A stretch of DNA of 64,000 nucleotides, taken from Thermodesulfobacteriota bacterium. GTDB taxonomy: Bacteria; Desulfobacterota_D; UBA1144; Nemesobacterales; Mycalebacteriaceae. Under the pieces are notes generated by a model. It worked only from the letters and a program-made list of their open reading frames with translations, made no database searches and was not told where the DNA came from. Of this stretch, positions 9,203 to 19,189 are shown in pieces (positions within the stretch are counted from its first letter, which is position 1; the number at the start of each line of letters is the position of its first letter). Made by a program: the position numbers and the translations under genes. Where the stretch lies: the NCBI GenBank assembly GCA_965205855.1, contig OZ242184.1:224001-288000 (forward strand). Direction: 5' to 3'.

Positions 9203-10733
9203 TTTCTATTCGGTTAAAGAGATTTTTCCCTTTTGCAACTTTTTGCCCGTGGCTCATCTTTCCCCAGTCCGTTGATATGTCAGTGGCGGCGGATTTCTCA
9301 ACGGATTTTTTAAATCCGAGTTTTTTCCAAAGTTTTTCCGCGGTATCCGGCATAAACGGATATGAGTAAACGGTTATTATTCGCAGGGATTCGCAAAGAG
9401 TCCACAAAACCGCCGCCAGTTTTTTTTGTTCCCCTTTTTTGTGGAGTTCCCACGGTTTTGTCTTCTCAACAAACTTATCGGTCTCTGCGATTATATTCCA
9501 AAGGGCTGAAAGGGCTTTGCCGGGAGCCACGGAATCCATCGCGATGGGAATTTCTCTGGCACATAGTTGCGCCGATTTTTTTATGGAAGAATTTTCACAT
9601 TCCGTCCCGTCCGAATCTGGCACGGTTGCGTTAAAATAACGTTCAACCATTCCAAGCGCTCGGCTCGTAAGGTTGCCGAGCCCGTTTGCGAGGTCGGCGT
9701 TAATGCGTGAAATAAAAACTCTGCGCGAAAAATCCCCGTCTTTTCCGAAGGGGATTTCTCTCATAATAAAATATCTAAAAGCGTCAACACCGAATTCCCG
9801 TGTTATCTCAACCGGATTGACGGCGTTGCCGAGGGATTTTGACATTTTTTCCCCCTCAACCGTCCACCATCCGTGGGCAAATATTGTTTTGGGAAGTTCA
9901 ATTCCGGCGGACATAAGAAAAGCGGGCCAATAGACGGCGTGAAATCTGATAATATCCTTGCCGACAATATGAATATCGGCAGGCCAGATTTTTCCAAATC
10001 TGTTTTTGTCCGACTCAAAACCGGCCGCGGTCAGGTAGTTGGAGAGCGCATCAAACCAGACATACATAACATGGTCGGGATTTTCCGGAACCTGTACCCC
10101 CCATGAGAATGTCGTCCGGCTTATGCTTAGGTCTTTGAGTCCCGATTCCACAAAGTGCCGGACTTCGTTCATTCTCTCTTTGGGCATTACAAAACCGGGG
10201 TTTTTATCGTAATGTTCAAGCAGCCGTTTTTGATATGATGAAAGTTTGAAGAAAAAACACTCTTCTTTGATTTTCTCAAGTTTTGGGCGTTTTTCCGGAG
10301 GCAGTTTATTTATTTCCTCCATCTGAGTTTCAGTGATAAAATTCTCCGCGCGCACATCGTACCAGCCTTCGTATTCGCCGAGATATATATCTTTGTTGAG
10401 GACGGCGGTTTTGAACATCTTTTGCGCGCACCTTTTATGCCTTTCTTCGGTGGTTCTTATAAAATCGTCATTTTTTATTTTTAATGTTTCCCATAAAGAG
10501 CGGAATCTTTCCACCACTCTGTCCGCGAGCTGTTTCGGAGTTTCATTGTTTTGCGTGGCCGTTTGCTCAATTTTTCTTCCGTACTCGTCCGTTCCGGTCA
10601 GAAAAAAAACCTCTTCACCTCGCAACCTTCTGTATCGCGCGAGCACATCCGCCGCCACGGTTGTATAGGCATGTCCTATGTGAGGAGAGTCATTCACATA
10701 GTAAATTGGAGTGGTTATGTAAAACGTTTTCAT
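9189..10733 (-). CDS. metG: Methionine-tRNA ligase (short monomeric MetRS1 type)
   Basis: [40 protein letters not shown]; ATG 10733 preferred. Confidence 0.96.
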   Translation of the reverse strand: MKTFYITTPIYYVNDSPHIGHAYTTVAADVLARYRRLRGEEVFFLTGTDEYGRKIEQTATQNNETPKQLADRVVERFRSLWETLKIKNDDFIRTTEERHKRCAQKMFKTAVLNKDIYLGEYEGWYDVRAENFITETQMEEINKLPPEKRPKLEKIKEECFFFKLSSYQKRLLEHYDKNPGFVMPKERMNEVRHFVESGLKDLSISRTTFSWGVQVPENPDHVMYVWFDALSNYLTAAGFESDKNRFGKIWPADIHIVGKDIIRFHAVYWPAFLMSAGIELPKTIFAHGWWTVEGEKMSKSLGNAVNPVEITREFGVDAFRYFIMREIPFGKDGDFSRRVFISRINADLANGLGNLTSRALGMVERYFNATVPDSDGTECENSSIKKSAQLCAREIPIAMDSVAPGKALSALWNIIAETDKFVEKTKPWELHKKGEQKKLAAVLWTLCESLRIITVYSYPFMPDTAEKLWKKLGFKKSVEKSAATDISTDWGKMSHGQKVAKGKNLFNRIENAAQ

Positions 10734-10737
10734 ATGA

Positions 10738-13215
10738 TCAGAAGCGAATATGAAACTGCCCGGTTCCAGAGTAAGAACGCATATCATTCCAGAAATCAGC
10801 TTTGTAGCCAATTTTGAAGGCGAGGTTTTTGTTGTCCGACAAAACCACCTGACCGCCGACAAAATAACGCAATTCGTCCGATACTTGAGGGCGGAGCACC
10901 GTAAAATCAGTGTCTAAAACGCTTACGTCCAAATTGTTTCCCGATGAGGAAAAATCGTAAAAAACACCCGCTTCCACCTCCGGTTGCACAACGGTTCTCA
11001 GGATGGTTTTCAGGGCATTGAAAGATATGTTGATTTTTGCCCCCGCTTCGGAAGAAGTCATAGAGCTGTTTTTCTGTCGGATATCAAGGCCTCCGTTTTC
11101 TGTGTACGAGTCCGTTGAGGCTTTCGCAAAAGAGAATGAAACCGAGGGTCTTATTTTCACGGGCAGGTTGTTAAGGATATGCATGCCACTGGAAAACTTT
11201 GCTCCGTAGGTTTTTATATCAGTTTCTCCGTTGATAGTCCCGAAATCCGATTCTCTTGAAGAGTCGTAATCGTGCATTGAAAAAGCGCCTATCGCGGTTG
11301 CCGTAATTCTGCCAGAGTCGTATTTGGCGTAAAGCGCGCTGTGAAAACCTTTGGCTTCTTCGTTCACACGCTCATTTGCTGTCTCCAGAAAAGAGACGCC
11401 GCCAGCAATGCCGATTCCGAAATCTCTGTCAAACAGGAACCTGTGCACTCCGGCGACTATTCCGCGCGAACCAATTTCGTAAAGGTCTCCAGAGGTGTTT
11501 TTTTCAAAACCTCCCGAGAATGCACCGTATACGCCAATGTCGTGAGGGTTGTCCCATGGCATATATTTGACCGCTTCTACTATCTTATACTCAATTGAAT
11601 CAAAAAAATCCCTTTGCAGTCCTATCATCTCATGCTCAATTCCGGCGTGTTCGCTCGGAAGCAGTTCTCTTACGGTTTGCCCGTCCAAATCCGGATCGTT
11701 CAGCGCGTTCAATATCTCGGATTTGTCGGAGTCCGCACTTCCAGTCCTCAGGGGTTCGTAAACGGATGTGAGAATTCCACGCAGGTTTGGGGCTTCAAAG
11801 GAGCTTTCTATCTCATCCCGCACATTTGCCTGTTCGCTGTCAATGGACAGGCATATGCCATCTGTGCAAGTGGAAAGCTTAGTGAACATTCCGGGGTCTT
11901 CCAGAATATTCTCCAGTGTCGCGGATGCGGACGAGGTGTCTCCTTCAAACACCGTCACGGACATATTATTGGTTTGCGCAAGGCTCACAACATCAAACGC
12001 GCTGACAGCGATTGAAGATTCGGACTCTGCGGAAATCGCTCCCGCAATTATTTTTGCGGAGTTTTCCGAGGCAGGGTTGTCAAAATCCATCATCAACAAA
12101 AGAGTTCCATCGCCAACGAACAAATTCCCGCCGCTTCCCAAATCCACCTCTCTTTCTATTACAAGCCTTCCCTCTCCTTCTTTTGAGAGAGATTCAAAAT
12201 TTCTGTAAAGTGCATCGTCTCCGAAATTATCGCCATCAAGAGACAGTGAAAAACCCTCGGCTATATCCACTTCGAAAGTGTCTGTTCCGCCGAGTGCGTC
12301 AATCCTTTCAAGGTTTTCGTCGTTTCCGGTAAAAGTCCACACATTGTCATCGTCCGAAAGCTCCACCCGTTCAAAGTTTCTGTATCGTCCGCCTGATTGA
12401 AGCCCGCTCGCATCGTGGTTTCCGTTTCCGAGTCTGATAGTGTCGGTTCCTTCTCCGCCGCTTACCCACTCCCATCCTTCACTTGCGAAGTCGTCCGGGG
12501 AGAAATGCCATATATCATCCCCGTCCGTGCTTCTGACGGCGACGCCTTCAAAATTGAAGTATTTGGCAAAGTCACCACTTCCCACATTGGCAAATGTGAA
12601 ATCCGAGTCAGTGCCGTTGAAAATTCCGTTTCCGTCCGAGTCTTCTATGGTTTTTTCCAGGATGTCTGTTCCCTCGAGCGCGTCAATACTTGTCAGGTTG
12701 TTGTCATTGTCGGTGATGACCCAGATATCATCTTCGTTGGAAAGTTCTGCCTGTTCAAAATTTCTGTATCTTCCACCGGAGTGAATATCGCCTGCATCGT
12801 GTTGTCCTTGTCCAAATACAATGGTGTCGTCTCCGCCGCGAGCGTCAATGCCTTCAAGGTCTTCGTCGTTGCCGGTAATAGTCCAGATATCGTTGTTGCC
12901 GGAGAGTTCCACTTCTTCAAAATTCCGCAACATTCCGTTTACGCTTATCTCTGCGGAGCTGAAAGTCCCCCCGGTTCCCTCAACGGTGATTTTGTCTGTT
13001 CCGTTTCCGAAGTCTGCATAAAAATTGGTATTGAAAATGCCTTCAAGAGAACGGGTAATCAGGTTGTCATCCGTGCCGCCTTCAACCAGATTTTCGTTCA
13101 GGGGAAGATCCCTGCCGGTAATATCCACATCAACCGCGTATGTGGCAGAGTAAGAAAAAAACAGGAACGCGAACGCCGCAAACGGCAGTATTCTGTCAAA
13201 GAGAGTTTTTATCAA
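10738..13215 (-). CDS. Autotransporter / acidic repeat surface protein with C-terminal beta-barrel
   Basis: Sec signal (..SYSATYA|VDV); repeated (Y)RNFE / IDAxGGxDT motifs; about 280-aa amphipathic C-terminal domain ending FHIRF. Confidence 0.82.
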   Translation of the reverse strand: MIKTLFDRILPFAAFAFLFFSYSATYAVDVDITGRDLPLNENLVEGGTDDNLITRSLEGIFNTNFYADFGNGTDKITVEGTGGTFSSAEISVNGMLRNFEEVELSGNNDIWTITGNDEDLEGIDARGGDDTIVFGQGQHDAGDIHSGGRYRNFEQAELSNEDDIWVITDNDNNLTSIDALEGTDILEKTIEDSDGNGIFNGTDSDFTFANVGSGDFAKYFNFEGVAVRSTDGDDIWHFSPDDFASEGWEWVSGGEGTDTIRLGNGNHDASGLQSGGRYRNFERVELSDDDNVWTFTGNDENLERIDALGGTDTFEVDIAEGFSLSLDGDNFGDDALYRNFESLSKEGEGRLVIEREVDLGSGGNLFVGDGTLLLMMDFDNPASENSAKIIAGAISAESESSIAVSAFDVVSLAQTNNMSVTVFEGDTSSASATLENILEDPGMFTKLSTCTDGICLSIDSEQANVRDEIESSFEAPNLRGILTSVYEPLRTGSADSDKSEILNALNDPDLDGQTVRELLPSEHAGIEHEMIGLQRDFFDSIEYKIVEAVKYMPWDNPHDIGVYGAFSGGFEKNTSGDLYEIGSRGIVAGVHRFLFDRDFGIGIAGGVSFLETANERVNEEAKGFHSALYAKYDSGRITATAIGAFSMHDYDSSRESDFGTINGETDIKTYGAKFSSGMHILNNLPVKIRPSVSFSFAKASTDSYTENGGLDIRQKNSSMTSSEAGAKINISFNALKTILRTVVQPEVEAGVFYDFSSSGNNLDVSVLDTDFTVLRPQVSDELRYFVGGQVVLSDNKNLAFKIGYKADFWNDMRSYSGTGQFHIRF
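12170..12935 (-). repeat. Internal imperfect repeats in the autotransporter passenger (five NFE units; boundaries approximate)
   Basis: LRNFEEVELSGNNDIWTITGNDEDLEGIDARGGDDT; YRNFEQAELSNEDDIWVITDND..IDALEGTD; YFNFEGV..DDIW; YRNFERVELSDDDNVWTFTGNDENLERIDALGGTDT; YRNFESLSKEGEG. Confidence 0.85.
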
Positions 13216-13305
13216 TTATGAATACCCAGAACCTTTGAAATACGCAGAAAACTCCGAGATGGAAAATGCGAATTCTACTTCAATAATACAGTTTTTCAAG
13301 TCGGT

Positions 13306-14307
13306 TCACATCTCCGCAATTTTAAAAATCAGATTTTCAAGAACAAGGCGACAGTTGAGATTTCCGGTTTTTATTCCGGCAACCGCATCTTCAAGCGACC
13401 GGGCTTTTTCGGCAATAGAAACCGCGTTTGCGTGCCGCGTGAATTTTGCCGAAGCTTCACCCAGTTTCTCATAGACGGGCTCTCCCGCGCCCGCGCTTGC
13501 ATATATTAAATCCTGAATCCAGAAAGAGACCAAGTCGGTGAATTTTTCCGCCGCAACGCGCTGCATGGCGGTTCCTTTCGCCTTTGCGAGGATGTTTTCC
13601 GCAAACTCAAATACCTCGGACGGGTTGCGCACGTTGATTCCCGCAAGTTTTTGGATGGTTTGGGAAATTTCGCTCAGTTGCTCCGCGCCGATGTCCGATA
13701 CTTTTCCCGGGCTGCCGCCGGCAAGTTTGACCGCAAGGGCGATGTCGTTTTCGCCAAGGTCTCCCCTTTCACGCAGTTTTTTCCGCGCCGTTTCTCCGTC
13801 CAGTTTTCCGAAAGCAACCGTGTGGCATCTGGAACGGACGGTTGGGAGTATTCTTGAAGGCAGATGGGTGGTAAGAATTATGACCGAGTAGGAAGGCGGT
13901 TCCTCAAGGGTTTTCAGAAACGCGTTCTGAGCACTTGCGTTCATCCTTTCCGCGCCGGCAATGATGAAAATTTTATATTGAGACTCAAAAGGTTTGAGAA
14001 AAATTCCCCGTTCTATTTCCTCGCGCACATTGTTAACTGTTATAAGTTTTTTGTCCTCGTATTCAAAAAGTGAAACATCGGGGAATATGCCGTTTTTAAT
14101 TCTTGAACAGCAGGAGCATTGACAGTAAGAATCTCTTTTTTCTCGGCAGTTCAGTTTTTTTGCGAAAGAGATTGCGGTGAGTTTTTTGCCCACGCCGTCA
14201 GGTCCCGAAAACAGATAAGCATGAGCCATCCTTTCCTCACTCAGGGCTCTTTGCAAAGTTCGTTTCGCGGTTTTATGCCCTTCTATTTCGTCAAACATGT
14301 AGCTCAA
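13306..14307 (-). CDS. holB: DNA polymerase III delta-prime subunit
   Basis: HAYLFSGPDGVGK, Zn cluster Cys, AQNAFLKTLEEPP, LPTVRSRC; follows tmk. Confidence 0.94.
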   Translation of the reverse strand: MSYMFDEIEGHKTAKRTLQRALSEERMAHAYLFSGPDGVGKKLTAISFAKKLNCREKRDSYCQCSCCSRIKNGIFPDVSLFEYEDKKLITVNNVREEIERGIFLKPFESQYKIFIIAGAERMNASAQNAFLKTLEEPPSYSVIILTTHLPSRILPTVRSRCHTVAFGKLDGETARKKLRERGDLGENDIALAVKLAGGSPGKVSDIGAEQLSEISQTIQKLAGINVRNPSEVFEFAENILAKAKGTAMQRVAAEKFTDLVSFWIQDLIYASAGAGEPVYEKLGEASAKFTRHANAVSIAEKARSLEDAVAGIKTGNLNCRLVLENLIFKIAEM

Positions 14308-14933
14308 ATTCCGAGTTTCCCGTCAACAATTGTCGCTATCTCTTTCTGAGTGTCGGAAATTTCCCTGCTTGCGTCAATAATTTTGATTCTTTCGGGGTCT
14401 TTCCCGGCTTCCGCAAGAAACCCCTCCCGCAAGCGCTCGTAGAACATACTGGCTTCTCTATCCATCCTGTTGACCGAATCTCCGGATGTTTCCCTTTTGT
14501 TGATACGTTCTCTACACAAATGAATCGGCACATCAAGCACAAAAGTAATATCGGGCTCCAAATCAAGCGCCGCGCGTCTTGCCGCACGTGTTACGAACTC
14601 AAGGTCAATGCCCCTTCCGTAGCCCTGATAGACGATTGTGGAATCAAAGAATCTGTCGGATATGACAATTTCCCCCTTTTCCAGGGAGGGTTTGATGACT
14701 TTTTGAACATGGCAAACCCTGTCCGCGCAAAAGAGGAAAAGCTCCGCGAGAGGGTCAGCGGTTTTCATATCTTCAAGAAGGATGGTTTCTCTTATGTTGA
14801 GGCAGACCTCTCCCCCGTCTCCGGGCTCGTGAGTCAACAAAACCCCGTTCCCTTTTGCCGTAAGATGGTCTCGCAAAATAGAGGAATGGGTGGATTTGCC
14901 GCATCCGTCAATTCCTTCGAAAGTGATAAACAT
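14304..14933 (-). CDS. tmk: Thymidylate kinase
   Basis: FITFEGIDGCGKST, LFCADR, SDRFFDSTIVYQGYGRG. Confidence 0.96.
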   Translation of the reverse strand: MFITFEGIDGCGKSTHSSILRDHLTAKGNGVLLTHEPGDGGEVCLNIRETILLEDMKTADPLAELFLFCADRVCHVQKVIKPSLEKGEIVISDRFFDSTIVYQGYGRGIDLEFVTRAARRAALDLEPDITFVLDVPIHLCRERINKRETSGDSVNRMDREASMFYERLREGFLAEAGKDPERIKIIDASREISDTQKEIATIVDGKLGI

Positions 14934-15204
14934 TTGACCCGGTATTTCCCCCTGATATCGCACGAACCCTTTGGTTGCAGACACACAAATGACTTTTTCT
15001 TAATCATACTTGAGATGTTCTTTTATTAACAATTTCTTGACAATACTTCAGAGGATATGTAACTATAGACGGGCTGAACTAAGCGATTCTTCCGCGGGGT
15101 GGCTTGTGTGCAGAATATGCGCATCAGGAATTGGCGGGTCAGGAAATCTTATGGGGTTTGAGTGTTCCGAGCAAGAAGTTTTCAACCTTTGCCACCTTGA
15201 ATGT

Positions 15205-16410
15205 ATGGCGAAAACCGCCGGGATGAACCCCGCATCCGCATCCTTGCCAGATTCTGAAACGGCGCGGGTTTGCGAAAACGCCATGCTTGGAGACGGGATA
15301 ACTCCCGAAGAGGCTCTTTTTCTCGCCGATGCCCCGGAGGCGCGAATTCCGGCAATTTTAAGCGCCGCGTCTTTTCTTGCCGTTCGTTCACACGGCAGGG
15401 AACTTACATACTCAAAGAATGTTTTTGTTCCGTTGACACAACTCTGCCGGAACCATTGCGGATACTGCACTTTTAAGAGGGAGCCCGGAGACGGGGAGAT
15501 TCTTGTGTCTCCGGACGAGGTGGACGATATAGCGCGCAAGGGGGCAGAACTCGGATGCACGGAACTGCTTTTTGTTCTCGGAGACAAGCCCGAAGCCGTT
15601 TACAGTCAATACACGGAGAGGCTCAACGGGCTCGGATGCTCCACAACCGCTGAGTACCTGACGGAAATTTGCGAGTCCGCGATCGGGCGCGGAATTTTCC
15701 CGCATTCAAATCTGGGTCTTGCGACCCCGGAAGAGCTTTTCCGCCTCCGGCGTAGCAATCCCAGCATGGGGCTTATGCTTGAAAACATCAGTCCGCGCCT
15801 TCTCAGAAAAGGACAGGCGCATCACCGTTGCGCTGACAAGGTGCCAAAACTGAGAATGGAGACAATTGAGCATGCCGGAGAACTGAGAATTCCCTGGACA
15901 AGCGGGATTCTTGTCGGCATAGGCGAGACTGTGCGCGAAAGGATTGACTCTCTTTTTGCTCTGAAGGAAGTTTCAGACCGCCACGGGCACATTCAGGAAA
16001 TTATAGTTCAGAATTTCAGTCCCAAAGACGGCATTGCCATGCAAAACTTTCCGCCGCCGGCATTCGCCGATATGCTCAAGACGGTTGCTGTGGCGCGTCT
16101 TGTGTTTGGAGGAGGGATGAATATTCAAATTCCACCGAACCTGAACGGCGGAACATACTCAAGGTTCATACCCGCCGGAATAAACGACCTTGGCGGAGTT
16201 TCACCTCTCACGATTGACTATGTCAATCCCGAAGCTCCCTGGCCCCTTCTTGAGGAAATGAATGAACAGGTTTCCTCGCTGGGGTTCAAGTTGAGAGAGA
16301 GGCTTCCGGTTTATCCCGAATACATTACGGAAGAGTTTCTTGACCATAAAATGCTTGAGATGGTTGAAAAGCGTGTCGATGAAAAAGGTCTTGTGCCGGA
16401 AGCGAATTGA
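15205..16410 (+). CDS. cofG: FO synthase subunit CofG (radical SAM); start uncertain (15150, 15205 or 15224)
   Basis: TYSKNVFVPLTQLCRNHCGYC, SMGLMLE, TSGILVGIGE, GHIQEIIVQNF, GINDLGGVSPLTIDYVNPEAPWP, LRERLPVYPEY. Confidence 0.92.
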   Translation: MAKTAGMNPASASLPDSETARVCENAMLGDGITPEEALFLADAPEARIPAILSAASFLAVRSHGRELTYSKNVFVPLTQLCRNHCGYCTFKREPGDGEILVSPDEVDDIARKGAELGCTELLFVLGDKPEAVYSQYTERLNGLGCSTTAEYLTEICESAIGRGIFPHSNLGLATPEELFRLRRSNPSMGLMLENISPRLLRKGQAHHRCADKVPKLRMETIEHAGELRIPWTSGILVGIGETVRERIDSLFALKEVSDRHGHIQEIIVQNFSPKDGIAMQNFPPPAFADMLKTVAVARLVFGGGMNIQIPPNLNGGTYSRFIPAGINDLGGVSPLTIDYVNPEAPWPLLEEMNEQVSSLGFKLRERLPVYPEYITEEFLDHKMLEMVEKRVDEKGLVPEAN

Positions 16411-16411
16411 T

Positions 16412-17650
16412 ATGAACGCGCGATTGAAATCTTTGGTTGATTTGATAAATGACAAGCGGGAGTCGGGTCTTGAGGCGTGCCTGTCACGCATAAGGCGCGA
16501 TTGTGCAAATATCATAGACAAGTCGCTTAACTCCACTGAGATTTCAGTCGGTGAGGCGGATGTTCTTTTTGCGTTGGAAACTCCCGATGAGATGGCAACC
16601 CTCGCAGTCGCCGCAGACCATATAAGAAAAGAGGATGTGGGTGATATCGTAACCTATGTGGTTAATAGGAACATAAATTTCACAAATATCTGCGATGTCT
16701 ATTGTGGTTTCTGCAATTTTATGGCTCCCGAAGGTGATGAAAGGGCTTATTTTCTCTCAATGGAGGAAATAGCGGACAAAACCAGAGAGGCGTGGGAGAT
16801 AGGAGCGACCGAGGTTTGTATGCAAGGCGGAATGCACCCCAAAATAGACGGAAATTACTATATTGACCTGATAAAGAATGTCAAAAACGCGGTTCCGCAG
16901 ATTCACACTCACGCGTTTTCCCCTTATGAAGTCTGGTATGGGGCGAACACTCTGGGTATAGAGGAGACGGATTTTATAAATATGCTCAAGGATGTCGGGC
17001 ACGACACATTTCCGGGTACAGCGGCGGAGGTGCTTGTGGAGGATGTGAGAAAGAAGATAGCCCCGCGAAAGATTCCGACCGAGGTTTGGATAAGGGTTGT
17101 TGAAAAGATTCACCGAACCGGAATGAAAACAACTTCGACCATAATGTATGGGCATCTTGACGAGCCGCGCCACTGGTCTATTCACCTGGGCGTTCTGCGC
17201 GACATTCAGAAACGCACGGGCGGTTTTACGGAGTTTGTTCCTCTTCGCTTCATCCCGTGGGAGACCCGTATTTTCAAAAACTCAAAGGGCAAGATTCACG
17301 AGGGCCCGACAGATTTTGACCAATTGAAGATGTATGCGGTTTCGCGCCTTTTTCTGCGCGGCTTGATAGACAACATTCAGGTGTCATGGGTAAAACAGGG
17401 GCCCGAATTCGCGCAGTTTTCATTGACTGCCGGAGCGAATGATTTTGGCGGAACTCTGATGGAAGAGCAGATATCGCGCTTTGCCGGCGCGAGTTACGGG
17501 CAGTATTTTCCGCCCGAAGAATTTCGCCGTCTTACGCGCGAGATAGGGCGCATTCCGGCCGAAAGGAATACTGTTTACGGAATTTTGGAAAAATTTGACA
17601 AAAAAACTGATATCCCTGAGGTCTTGAATGGCTCCAAGAAAATCTCTTAA
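16412..17650 (+). CDS. cofH: FO synthase subunit CofH (radical SAM)
   Basis: TYVVNRNINFTNICDVYCGFC, GATEVCMQGG, NIQVSWVK, GANDFGGTLMEEQISRFAGA; adjacent to cofG. Confidence 0.9.
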   Translation: MNARLKSLVDLINDKRESGLEACLSRIRRDCANIIDKSLNSTEISVGEADVLFALETPDEMATLAVAADHIRKEDVGDIVTYVVNRNINFTNICDVYCGFCNFMAPEGDERAYFLSMEEIADKTREAWEIGATEVCMQGGMHPKIDGNYYIDLIKNVKNAVPQIHTHAFSPYEVWYGANTLGIEETDFINMLKDVGHDTFPGTAAEVLVEDVRKKIAPRKIPTEVWIRVVEKIHRTGMKTTSTIMYGHLDEPRHWSIHLGVLRDIQKRTGGFTEFVPLRFIPWETRIFKNSKGKIHEGPTDFDQLKMYAVSRLFLRGLIDNIQVSWVKQGPEFAQFSLTAGANDFGGTLMEEQISRFAGASYGQYFPPEEFRRLTREIGRIPAERNTVYGILEKFDKKTDIPEVLNGSKKIS

Positions 17651-18977
17651 CCTCAACGATTTTATGCGCGGAGTGTCGCGTAGAAATCCCGGAGAAACGG
17701 AATTTCACCAAGCGGTAAAAGAGGTCGCGGAATCTCTTGTTCCATTTATAAAAGCAAATCCCGTTTATCTGGAAAAGCAGATATTTGAGCGTCTGACCGA
17801 ACCGGACAGAATCGTATCATTCCGCGTCTGCTGGCAGGACGATGAGGGAAATATCCGCACAAACAGGGGCTACAGGGTGCAGTTCAGCGGAGTTATCGGA
17901 CCTTACAAAGGCGGCTTGCGGTTTCACCCGTCGGTCAGTCTCAGCGTAATGAAATTTCTGGGGTTTGAGCAGATATTCAAAAACAGTCTCACCGGTCTTC
18001 CAATGGGAGGAGGTAAAGGCGGTAGTGATTTCAACCCTCGAGGGAAGTCAGACGGAGAGATTATGAGGTTTTGTCAGGCGTTTATGACGGAGCTTGCGAG
18101 GCATGTGGGCGAAGATGTTGATGTTCCCGCCGGAGATATAGGAGTCGGCGGGCGTGAAATCGGCTATATGTTCGGTCAACACAGGAGGATTTCCGGCAAA
18201 TTCACCGGCGTGCTTACGGGCAAGGGAGTATCTTTCGGTGGCAGTTTGATTCGTCCCGAAGCAACGGGCTACGGAAGCGTCTTTTTTGTTGAGGAAATTC
18301 TCAAAACCGCGGGAGATGGTCTTGAGGGCAAAGCCTGTGTTGTTTCGGGTTCGGGAAATGTGGCTCAATACACGGTTGAGAAAATCAACCAACTCGGTGG
18401 CAAGGCGGTTACGATGTCCGATTCGGATGGATTTATTCACGACCCGGCGGGAATATCGCCTGAAAAACTCGCGTGGATTATGGATTTAAAAAACAACCGG
18501 CGCGGAAGAATCAGCGAATATGCAAAGCGGTTCAAGTGCAAATACCACAAGGGCAAAAAACCGTGGGGTGTCAAATGCGATGTGGCGTTTCCCTCCGCGA
18601 CCCAGAATGAGCTTGACGGAGCGGACGCGAAAACGCTTGCAGAAAACGGAGTCAAGGTTGTGGGCGAGGGGGCTAATATGCCGTGCGACCTTGAAGCGGT
18701 TCACTTTTTCCGCAAAGCGGGTGTGCTTCTCGCTCCCGCAAAGGCGTGTAACGCCGGAGGCGTGGCGGTTTCCGGTCTTGAGATGACGCAGAACAGCATG
18801 AAGCTGTTTTGGAGCCGCGAAGAGGTTGAGGAGAAATTAAAGCACATTATGACCGGCATTCACGAAAGATGTCTTGAATTCGGGAAAAAAGGCAAGAAAG
18901 TTGACTATGTAACCGGAGCGAACATAGCGGGCTTCAAAAAGGTCGCCGATGCGATGGTTGCGCAAGGGGTTGGGTGA
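17628..18977 (+). CDS. gdhA: NADP-specific glutamate dehydrogenase
   Basis: GPYKGGLRFHPSV, LPMGGGKGGSDF, DVPAGDIGVG, RPEATGYG, GSGNVA. Confidence 0.96.
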   Translation: MAPRKSLNLNDFMRGVSRRNPGETEFHQAVKEVAESLVPFIKANPVYLEKQIFERLTEPDRIVSFRVCWQDDEGNIRTNRGYRVQFSGVIGPYKGGLRFHPSVSLSVMKFLGFEQIFKNSLTGLPMGGGKGGSDFNPRGKSDGEIMRFCQAFMTELARHVGEDVDVPAGDIGVGGREIGYMFGQHRRISGKFTGVLTGKGVSFGGSLIRPEATGYGSVFFVEEILKTAGDGLEGKACVVSGSGNVAQYTVEKINQLGGKAVTMSDSDGFIHDPAGISPEKLAWIMDLKNNRRGRISEYAKRFKCKYHKGKKPWGVKCDVAFPSATQNELDGADAKTLAENGVKVVGEGANMPCDLEAVHFFRKAGVLLAPAKACNAGGVAVSGLEMTQNSMKLFWSREEVEEKLKHIMTGIHERCLEFGKKGKKVDYVTGANIAGFKKVADAMVAQGVG

Positions 18978-19030
18978 GATGGATTCGTTTACTTTCGGTC
19001 TCTTGAGCATTTTCTCATATCTTGGCGGAA

Positions 19031-19171
19031 ATGGTGAGCCTTTGGATAGCTCAATGTCTATATTTGGATGGGTTTTTATTATTATTCTTTGGGTTAGTAG
19101 TGATTTTGTTAATTTTATCTTGGAGACTCAGCGGGCGTGAAAAGAAACGCAGAAAGAATATCGAAGAATAA
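19031..19171 (+). CDS. Putative 46-aa single-pass membrane protein (an overlapping alternative ORF exists at 18979-19140)
   Basis: Hand-translated MVSLWIAQCLYLDGFLLLFFGLVVILLILSWRLSGREKKRRKNIEE: TM helix followed by basic tail. Confidence 0.35.
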   Translation: MVSLWIAQCLYLDGFLLLFFGLVVILLILSWRLSGREKKRRKNIEE

Positions 19172-19189
19172 GCGTATACATTTATTTTC

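Noticed and set aside
16412-17650. Assignment as MqnC/MqnE (futalosine pathway)
   Set aside because: The GGTLMEE.ISR.AGA and QVSWVK motifs and adjacency to cofG favour CofH
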